Shown piece by piece: positions 23,031 through 30,218 of a stretch of DNA of 31,296 nucleotides. The notes beneath the pieces were generated by a model. The model was given only the letters and a program-made list of their open reading frames with translations, was not told the DNA's origin and did no database searches. Source of the stretch: a virus (lineage: Duplodnaviria > Caudoviricetes). Numbering within the stretch: the stretch's first letter is position 1; each line of letters starts with the position of its first letter. The stretch lies in IMG/VR virus record IMGVR_UViG_3300017774_005843, positions 1 through 31,296 of that record. One strand, given 5' to 3'. The position numbers and the translations under genes are program-made.

Positions 23031-23408
23031 TTATACATAGGTGGCGTTGCGTTGCTCTAGATCAAAAAATATAGAAAGACGCTCAGCATCTGTGCTGGGC
23101 ACCACTTCTAATTCAATCTGAATCAGAATACCGTTACCTGACGGAAATGCTTGTGTGCTGTTGATAAAAATTCGAGGATCTTGGCCGGCCACACGCTGCA
23201 CTTCTCGTTCAATTTCTCGTAGTACTAGTTCCAGTTGGGGTTCAAACAAAAAATCCCAAATCACAGTACCATAAGCTGGCTTGCCGGGCAACTGTCCTTG
23301 GCGTATGTTGAATCCATTCAAGAGATCACGCTTGATCAATTCAAATCCGGTCAGGGTAAATTTTTTGAACTGACCCTGTGTGTTAAATCCAATGAATGTT
23401 TGTGCCAT
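23031..23408 (-). CDS. gp25: Baseplate wedge subunit / sheath initiator, T4 gp25-like, 125 aa
   Basis: LIKRDLLNGFNIRQGQLPGKPAYGTVIWDFLFEP...DPRI matches the gp25/GPW signature (.R.GE....P.(F/Y)G......LFEP...(D/E)PR). Size and position before gp6 fit. Confidence 0.88.
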   Translation of the reverse strand: MAQTFIGFNTQGQFKKFTLTGFELIKRDLLNGFNIRQGQLPGKPAYGTVIWDFLFEPQLELVLREIEREVQRVAGQDPRIFINSTQAFPSGNGILIQIELEVVPSTDAERLSIFFDLEQRNATYV

Positions 23409-23413
23409 ATAGT

Positions 23414-23421
23414 TATTTATT
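23414..23421 (-). promoter_or_regulatory. Late-promoter-like element AATAAATA, 5 nt before the gp25 ATG (predicted leaderless)
   Basis: Minus strand ...GGT TAA TAAATA ACTAT ATG GCA. It overlaps the upstream stop codon, and there is no SD between the element and the start. Confidence 0.6.
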
Positions 23422-24964
23422 AACCTTGATTGTCAGGCGGCCCTTGTCTCTTTTTGGCCAATTCGTTTACTCGATTCTTGGTCGCAATTGCATTATCTGC
23501 TAATTCTTCAATGCCTGACTGTATTCTTCTAAACACCAAAGCATATGCATTTTTAACTTCAATAGATGCAGTGTTAAATGTTTCAGTAAGAGCGGCGCGG
23601 CGTCTAATAATCAATGGTGCGGTGCCTAATGCTGTTCTTTGAGCATTGAGAGCTTCCCACTGAGCATCAGTAATAGTTTGCCGTGTTTCAAGGGCTGCTA
23701 TATTTGAATTCAACGTGTCAAGTCCTTGAGTTGTTGATGCTATCAAATCAGTTAGCTCAGCAGAAAGACGTTTTATTTCTTCAGTTGCCAAGCTATCTGC
23801 AGCTGGATCAGGCGCAGGTGGACCATAGTTGGGTTCAGGTATCTTGGGGTTGCCAAGTACTCTGGTCACTGCAGCGTCAACTGTGTCTCGATCGACTGTG
23901 TTTGCGGCCGGCACTGGCACAATTTCAGCCTTGAACAGTTCTGGAATTTTTTCCACCAGTTCGGCTGCAAAAGCACCATCTCTTGTGTTGGTAAGGAATT
24001 TGTCTGCGAGGTCAGCATCAACACCAGGTATTTTTTTAAGAAATGCAGCAGCAGCCGCAGGGTCAATTGCTGAGTTCAATGCTGCACCTGCTGCGCCTGC
24101 TGGTCCCAATAGATCAACAGGAATACCGGATGCGTTGAGTGTGTCTAGGCCTTTTTTCATTAGGTCTTGCTGTATTAATCCTTGCTTGGGAAGATTATTC
24201 AAAAGGTCTTGAGCACTGTTGATGCTGTCTTTGCCAGTGAACGCAGCAGGACTTTTGAGAAGATTTGTCACAGTTGATTCTCCGTTTGTGACAAATTTAG
24301 CCATGCCTGGTTTTAATATTCCAGCTGATTCTAACTGTGCTGGAGAAAGTCCAAACTCTCCAAGCCCTTTGGCATCAGTTACAATAGTTCCTGTTTGATC
24401 CACTAGTTTTTTGGCCTGGGCCATTACGCTGGTAACATCTGCTGTTGTCAACGGTCCTATTGATGTCACTGCGGGTATTTGTTTTGCAAAATCAGTGATG
24501 TTAATTTCGTTGGTCAACGGAATACCGGCAATTGTTTGATTTATTGTACTGATAGCAGTGGCGGCTCCTCCAGTTACGATTGACGCTGCTCCTGATGCAG
24601 ACACTGCGGCACCCACAGCACCAGTTAATCCTGCTGCTACTCCTGACAGACTTCCATTAATTGCTCCTCCTGCAGCTCCTAGTGCAGAGCTGACTGAGCC
24701 TATGGCCGCAGTGGCTCCTGGCACTCCTGCTCCCAATGCTCCAGTGATACTGGATTGTGCCTGGCTCAATAATGATTGTGCACTTGGTAATCCTTGCGCT
24801 GCTTGTGTAGCAGCACTGAGAGACATGCCTGGCTTTAGCCCAACCAAACTGCCAGTGGCGGCCTGTTTGTCAAATATGGCTTTGGCCTGGTCCAGGCTTA
24901 GGCCAGGAGGACCTTTGACTTCAAAAGGTTGGCCATTGGGTAGTGTAAAACTAAAAATTGCCAT
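23420..24964 (-). CDS. Modular spike-associated protein, ~514 aa (small N-terminal domain, Gly/Ala-rich segment, putative degenerate lysozyme-like domain, C-terminal coiled coil)
   Basis: The start is more likely ATG 24964 (TAA-C-ATG-GCA right after the gp5 stop) than 24979. Motif GLGEFGLSPAQLESAGILKPG...FTGKDSINS..DLL.N...Q..IQ resembles, from recollection, domains attached to gp5 in related phages. Function is unconfirmed. Confidence 0.7.
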   Translation of the reverse strand: MAIFSFTLPNGQPFEVKGPPGLSLDQAKAIFDKQAATGSLVGLKPGMSLSAATQAAQGLPSAQSLLSQAQSSITGALGAGVPGATAAIGSVSSALGAAGGAINGSLSGVAAGLTGAVGAAVSASGAASIVTGGAATAISTINQTIAGIPLTNEINITDFAKQIPAVTSIGPLTTADVTSVMAQAKKLVDQTGTIVTDAKGLGEFGLSPAQLESAGILKPGMAKFVTNGESTVTNLLKSPAAFTGKDSINSAQDLLNNLPKQGLIQQDLMKKGLDTLNASGIPVDLLGPAGAAGAALNSAIDPAAAAAFLKKIPGVDADLADKFLTNTRDGAFAAELVEKIPELFKAEIVPVPAANTVDRDTVDAAVTRVLGNPKIPEPNYGPPAPDPAADSLATEEIKRLSAELTDLIASTTQGLDTLNSNIAALETRQTITDAQWEALNAQRTALGTAPLIIRRRAALTETFNTASIEVKNAYALVFRRIQSGIEELADNAIATKNRVNELAKKRQGPPDNQG

Positions 24965-24965
24965 G

Positions 24966-26486
24966 TTATTTTGCCACAATTTCTACGCCGGCCGGAACTG
25001 GTTCTGCACCCGGTGGCGGTGTTGGTGCTCCAGATTCAAATGATTTTTCTACGTCCACGCCAAGGTTGTGATAGGGATATGGTTCGTGACTGGCCGCACG
25101 GCTGCAAACACTTTCCAGGTTGGCAATTTCTTTTTGCCAACCTTTACTGGTACTGAATTTTGTGTCATCCAATTTGGTCTTGACAATAGGATTGGGAGTT
25201 TTTACTGTAGGTGCTGCTGAACCATTGAGATCAATCAAGCCTGCTGTGTAAGTAAGACTCTGGCCCCCGTTCCAGCTGCCACCTTTGCTGTCCAGAGCCA
25301 AGGTGCCATCTGATTTTACACCTATTGTGGTTTTGCTGTACATGGTCAGTTCAGTCTGTGCCTGTATCACAAGAGTGGTTGCACTTTCAATTTCCATGGC
25401 TTCTTTGCTTTTCATTTTGAGATTGCGGCCAGCAAACATGTTGATATCACGATCAGCATGCAGGTTGATGTCACCATTGGTTCTCAAGTTGATGCTGTTG
25501 GTACTAAACACATCCACTGTGCCTTCCACACCAAACTCCAACCAGGTTTGTCCGTTGGCATGAATAATGTAGAAAAAATTGCCGGTATCACTCATGGTGA
25601 TCTGATGACCTTTGGTGGTCCTCAATCGAATCATGGCGTTGTCGCCTTCTAGGTTACCGTCGTCCATCACAAGACTGTGACCACCCACACGTCCAATTAC
25701 TCGAGCATCAGCAGGTTTTATTGATCCTTCACTGAGTTTCTTTCGTATGTCATTGGGTTTCATGCCACCCTGAAAAATAGGCAAGCCCGGAGTTGATATA
25801 CCAAACACTGAACTGGGAGTTTCTCGCTGACTGCTGCTGGTAATAGTGCCGCGTTCAATATCGTCAATCAGGCCTTGTTGAAATAGTCCTTGTGCCACGT
25901 AGCTGTGCACAGGTTTTGAGCTGTCATAAAATCGAGGATTGTTAAAGATGGCTTCGTTGTTGATGTTGATTTCAGACACCGGCAAGCGAGTGGCTGTGGC
26001 AAAATAAGTTTCTTGATTTTTGTTATCAAAAGTAAAACTTGTGCTGGAAGCAGCGCCAGCTGGCACCTGACTGCCTAATCCGTCTTCAGGTATGACGCCA
26101 ATGTAGTAGCCTTGACTGCGATCACCGTTGACAAATATACACACCACTGTGACACCAGTATCAGGAGGTGTAAACCACATGCCATAGCTGTTGGCATTTC
26201 CTGGATACTTGCCAATTTCGTTGTTGATACCTGTGGCAGTGTTGACCGGAGTAGAACCAAAAAATGACGGCATGTAGCTCACAGTGGTCCATTTGGATTC
26301 GTCCTGCATGGCATCTGGACCGCCATCAGCAAACGCTTCGATAAATACTCGCAGTCGGCCAGCACGGGTGGGATCCACCGAACTCATTACAATGCCAGTG
26401 AACGGACCAAATTCCGCAGGTACGCCGCCCCTGTCTAGTTTGTAGTTCTTGGGACGGCCTCTACTGCGCTGTACGTTTTCTGTCAT
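24966..26486 (-). CDS. gp5: Baseplate central spike, gp5/VgrG-like (OB fold + beta-helix, no T4-lysozyme insertion), 506 aa
   Basis: gp5 OB-fold motifs DPTRAGRLRVFI...W...SYGMWFTPPDTG..V.CIFVNGD; beta-helix region GGHSLVMDD...IRLRTTKGHQITMSD...INLRTNGDINLHADRDINMFAG; AAGGA SD. Confidence 0.85.
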   Translation of the reverse strand: MTENVQRSRGRPKNYKLDRGGVPAEFGPFTGIVMSSVDPTRAGRLRVFIEAFADGGPDAMQDESKWTTVSYMPSFFGSTPVNTATGINNEIGKYPGNANSYGMWFTPPDTGVTVVCIFVNGDRSQGYYIGVIPEDGLGSQVPAGAASSTSFTFDNKNQETYFATATRLPVSEININNEAIFNNPRFYDSSKPVHSYVAQGLFQQGLIDDIERGTITSSSQRETPSSVFGISTPGLPIFQGGMKPNDIRKKLSEGSIKPADARVIGRVGGHSLVMDDGNLEGDNAMIRLRTTKGHQITMSDTGNFFYIIHANGQTWLEFGVEGTVDVFSTNSINLRTNGDINLHADRDINMFAGRNLKMKSKEAMEIESATTLVIQAQTELTMYSKTTIGVKSDGTLALDSKGGSWNGGQSLTYTAGLIDLNGSAAPTVKTPNPIVKTKLDDTKFSTSKGWQKEIANLESVCSRAASHEPYPYHNLGVDVEKSFESGAPTPPPGAEPVPAGVEIVAK

Positions 26487-26495
26487 TGATGTTCC

Positions 26496-29400
26496 TTAAT
26501 AATCTTTAGCAATTTTTTGATTTGTAGGCACACTACTACTTACCGGAGCGCCGCTGGCCACCAATGGTTCGTACTCTTCAGCCAGCTCACGATTGGTTTG
26601 CTCAATAGCTCGACGGTTTACTTCACGACGTTGTTCTGCTGTTAGAGTGTTTTGTCCTGCTGCAGCAGATGGCAGTGTTGGCGGCCCTGAAGGTAGATTG
26701 ACCGGCACATTGGATACTGAGCCTCCTGTGCCACTGGTAGGTGCACCCGGAGGTGGAGCATTTTGAATATTAAATGTGCCAGCGCCTAATTGTTGAGATT
26801 GCACACCTGATCCACCAGGTGTGGCAAAAGTTCCACTGCCAAGTTCGCCAGGTGGCGGTGCTCGTCGTGAATTTGATGCTGATTGTGCGCCTAGTATGGC
26901 TGCTTTGCCTCCGTCGCCGCGATCCAGGCGACGAGGATCAATTTCATTAAAACCAGCAGATCCACGTCCGCCACCTGACTCTGGTGCGACTCGGTTGAAT
27001 CCGCGACCCTGACGAGGGTCGTCTCTGGTTCCAAATCTTGGATCAGTAGCACGAGATTGATCAGCAGTTGAATTTGCTGCTGCTGCTGCTGCAGGATTAG
27101 CAGTATTGGTTTTCTTAGGAGTTGGAAATTGATAAAGTACTCCGTCTAGAGTTTGTTCAAACCTTCCTTTGTTGAACTCGCTGACCACTCCTTTGCACAC
27201 ATACACTCGACTCTGTAGTGCTGTTCGATTGTTGTATTTTTTTTGTGTCTGGCTGTAGGGATCGGCTAGGCCTGTGTCAAGATCATAATCTTCAGGACGC
27301 TGCCAGGCAACTTCATACAGTATATCTTGATTGTCAAATGCAATGCTGCCATCAGGTAAAAATCCTGAACTCAAACTTTCCCCGCTGAAATATTCATCTG
27401 TTGGTTTTCTAAAATCAGTGCCTTGCATGATCCAGGCAGGATCTCCAACTATTTTTATTTTGCTGTTGGCCAGTTCGGTTGTAGAGTACAACACTTCAGC
27501 AGCATTGGCTCCCAGTTCGTTTTGTTTGCCTGATGCTCCTGAACTGGATTCTGTACTGCGAGGAGCATAATTGTAGGTTATGATTTCAGCCATGCTGGAT
27601 GTTGAGTTTTGCCGAATTTTAGAAATTGCGCTAGCTTCTGTTTCGCTGCCACTCACGGTCAACTGATACAGATGATTCATATTTTCTTGATATTCCAACA
27701 CCGCTGTGTTTTGACCGGTAAACCAGTACGGATAACTTTTGTGAACTCCAGAAAATCTACTGACTGGAAAATATTTACTGGTTACATTTTTTACTTCTCT
27801 AGCAGCAATACTATAGGTGATACGGTAGGCCCTGTCATTTCTTTTGGGGTCTAAATCGCTGATGGCTTCTGCGGTCATGGTGATCACAAACCACTTCAGA
27901 GGTTGATTACGAGAGTTAGGATTGGGCACTTGTGAACCATCAGCATTGATGATCACTGCTGCTTGATCATAGATATAACTGCTGTTACGTATGGACAGTT
28001 CAATTGCCTGCAACAGTTGTTGACCAGCAGTAATACTGAAACTTCTGGATATCATGTCCACAGAAGTTTTGGCCTGGTCTAGAGACTGTGGGTCTTGAGT
28101 TGATGCTTTGCCAGCGGCTGTGAGCCGCTTTACTACTTTGGTATTGGGCAACTGCAATTTAGCATCGCGAATCTTGTTGGCATCTGGCCCAATAAATTCT
28201 ATCACGTACTCGTCAGCATAGGTAAACACCCCGTCTTTGACCAGTTTGGCCTGGAATTCATTCATGGCTCCTGCCAGGCCTTTGGTAATAGTTGTTTTAT
28301 TTGTTGGAGCAGCATTGGCCTTGGACGGAGCAGGGGCGGGCGCTGGACTGGCGCGGTTAAATCCTCGACCTTGTCTAACATCATCGCGTGTGCCAAATGT
28401 TGTGGCTGCTCCTGGGTTGGTTGCAGTAGTAGTGGTGTTGGAATATTTAACATCTCCTCCCAGCAGTCCTCCCACGGTGCTGTCTGTCAGTTGCACGTCG
28501 TAGGGAATGGTACCTCGTGATGAATAGCCACCTATTCGTTGTCCTACCGGCCCACATACCCATTCGTAACTGACCAGCTTGGTGCCTACGCTCCATTTGA
28601 TTTCTTTAATTCTAAAAGGAAAAAATTTCTCAACTATAGCTGAGGGATCACTGGTGCCTTCCTGGTCGGGCTTGCTGCGCACCTGTTCAAGATTGCCTTG
28701 TGAATCGTAGCCATAAAATCGCAAGACCATGAGAAAAGTAGCCACACTGTAATTGACCTTGCCAGTGACATCTTGAGGCGCTGAGTTGGCCACTGCATCT
28801 CTCAAGCGATCTATCAAGGTGATACCGTTGGGTTCAATCACAGTGAATTTCATATTGGTAATGGCATGAGCTGCTCCTGTTCCTTTGCCTGGCGGAAGAT
28901 TTTCAATAGAAATACTGTCAATGTAAAAGTCATTGTCAAAGAAAGGGTTGCGGCCACCATCGGGTCCGGCGTAGGCAGCATCTCCACCAAACTCACTGTT
29001 GCCTACACCAAATCCTGCGTCGATGTTGTTGGGCGGTCGAATGCCTCCCACGTTGTTGGCAGCTCCGCCACTTTGAAACAACAACTGATAACCGTCAATG
29101 CTTTTGTTCATGCTGGTCAACAGTTTTGAATACTGTGTTTCGGTCATTAGATATACAGATGCCGAGTATGTGTAGCTGGCGTATTGATCCAGCACATTGG
29201 GTCTGGGCTTGACATTGGGACCTGTTTGTTCTTCAGCATTGACTGCAGTCTGCGGTGAACCTGCAGGAGTATTGTCGTCGGATTGAGATGCTGTACCAGG
29301 TTTGACCACAGCAGCCGCAGCCTCGGCTTCGCCTGCTGTGCCTTCGGCTCCAGCACCAACTGCTGGTGCTCGTAATGCTTGACCGCTGTTGCTGTCTGTG

Positions 29401-29915
29401 TTGATGGCCTGTGTTTGCTCAACAGGTTTTACTGGTGCGTCAGTGCCAGAAGTGGTGCCTTGAGAATTTTGTTGGGTGGGAACAACTTCAGCGTTGGTTG
29501 GTGCTGTGTTGGGTGGCACATCTGTGACTCGTCCATTGGGTCCAACTTTTTGCTCAGGTTGTGCAGTAGGGCCCGACGGAGCATCATCTTTGACAGTTTC
29601 CGCTGCTGTAGCTGGCGGGGCTGGTTGCGGCGTAGATGCATTTGTTTGTTGCGCTTCTAGTCCTGCAATTTCTCGGCGTAGTGTTGCTGCTTCGTCTTGG
29701 TATTGACTTTGCAAATCTGCAATCTGGTTATCAATGGCATTTTCTTGAGCTCGTAAAACAGCCGCACCTGCTGTGTCGCCGCCGGCAAACAACTTTCGTC
29801 GTTGTTGTTGTATACTTTCTTGTTCTCGTGTTAGTGCTGCCACCTTGACCTGGTTGGCGTCTATCAAACGTTCTAGGCTAGCTAATCTAGCCTGTAGTTC
29901 TGCAACTGTAGCCAT
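26496..29915 (-). CDS. Putative baseplate hub protein (gp27/VgrG-N-like) with N-terminal coiled coil and long low-complexity arms, 1139 aa
   Basis: Sits between the gp53-like and gp5 genes. Folded core NVLDQYASYTY...FTVIEPNGITL...LRFYGYD; late-core IKIVGDP...YVCKGVVSEFNKGRFEQTL resembles hub C-terminal strands. Flanks are rich in P/A/G/T/Q. Confidence 0.65.
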   Translation of the reverse strand: MATVAELQARLASLERLIDANQVKVAALTREQESIQQQRRKLFAGGDTAGAAVLRAQENAIDNQIADLQSQYQDEAATLRREIAGLEAQQTNASTPQPAPPATAAETVKDDAPSGPTAQPEQKVGPNGRVTDVPPNTAPTNAEVVPTQQNSQGTTSGTDAPVKPVEQTQAINTDSNSGQALRAPAVGAGAEGTAGEAEAAAAVVKPGTASQSDDNTPAGSPQTAVNAEEQTGPNVKPRPNVLDQYASYTYSASVYLMTETQYSKLLTSMNKSIDGYQLLFQSGGAANNVGGIRPPNNIDAGFGVGNSEFGGDAAYAGPDGGRNPFFDNDFYIDSISIENLPPGKGTGAAHAITNMKFTVIEPNGITLIDRLRDAVANSAPQDVTGKVNYSVATFLMVLRFYGYDSQGNLEQVRSKPDQEGTSDPSAIVEKFFPFRIKEIKWSVGTKLVSYEWVCGPVGQRIGGYSSRGTIPYDVQLTDSTVGGLLGGDVKYSNTTTTATNPGAATTFGTRDDVRQGRGFNRASPAPAPAPSKANAAPTNKTTITKGLAGAMNEFQAKLVKDGVFTYADEYVIEFIGPDANKIRDAKLQLPNTKVVKRLTAAGKASTQDPQSLDQAKTSVDMISRSFSITAGQQLLQAIELSIRNSSYIYDQAAVIINADGSQVPNPNSRNQPLKWFVITMTAEAISDLDPKRNDRAYRITYSIAAREVKNVTSKYFPVSRFSGVHKSYPYWFTGQNTAVLEYQENMNHLYQLTVSGSETEASAISKIRQNSTSSMAEIITYNYAPRSTESSSGASGKQNELGANAAEVLYSTTELANSKIKIVGDPAWIMQGTDFRKPTDEYFSGESLSSGFLPDGSIAFDNQDILYEVAWQRPEDYDLDTGLADPYSQTQKKYNNRTALQSRVYVCKGVVSEFNKGRFEQTLDGVLYQFPTPKKTNTANPAAAAAANSTADQSRATDPRFGTRDDPRQGRGFNRVAPESGGGRGSAGFNEIDPRRLDRGDGGKAAILGAQSASNSRRAPPPGELGSGTFATPGGSGVQSQQLGAGTFNIQNAPPPGAPTSGTGGSVSNVPVNLPSGPPTLPSAAAGQNTLTAEQRREVNRRAIEQTNRELAEEYEPLVASGAPVSSSVPTNQKIAKDY

Positions 29916-29918
29916 ATG

Positions 29919-30218
29919 TTAGAATCCCAGGGCTGATCGCAAGGTAGCAATTTTAGGTAAAAATATCTGTGTTCCCACCGCAAAATCCAACACAGGTGTT
30001 GTGAGTGTGTTGGGATTGCGTTGATAAAACACCCACCACAAAGCGCCAGTGCCGTACAGGTCAAATGCCAGGAGATCAGGGCGATATTGATATGTGAGAT
30101 TTATCACAAAAGAAATGTCATCGTCTTCTCGAGGTATGGGTCGATTGACCATACTGTCCAAGAAAAACTGACTGTACCCTGTTTCAAAGTAGGGACTTGT
30201 TGCGTCATACTGTGCCAT
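29919..30218 (-). CDS. Baseplate wedge protein, gp53/LysM (tail X)-like, 99 aa
   Basis: YQYRPDLLAFDLYGTGALWWVF...N...GTQIFLP is the gp53/LysM-like signature (RPD.(L/I)A..(L/Y)YG...(L/Y)WW). TAATG-coupled to the upstream gene with an AGGAGG SD. Confidence 0.8.
   Translation of the reverse strand: MAQYDATSPYFETGYSQFFLDSMVNRPIPREDDDISFVINLTYQYRPDLLAFDLYGTGALWWVFYQRNPNTLTTPVLDFAVGTQIFLPKIATLRSALGF

Noticed and set aside
24965-24979. ORF-track start at 24979 (MWQNN...) for the 519-aa ORF
   Set aside because: It is a non-ATG start overlapping the gp5 end. ATG-GCA at 24964, 1 nt after the gp5 stop, matches the start pattern of neighbouring genes.
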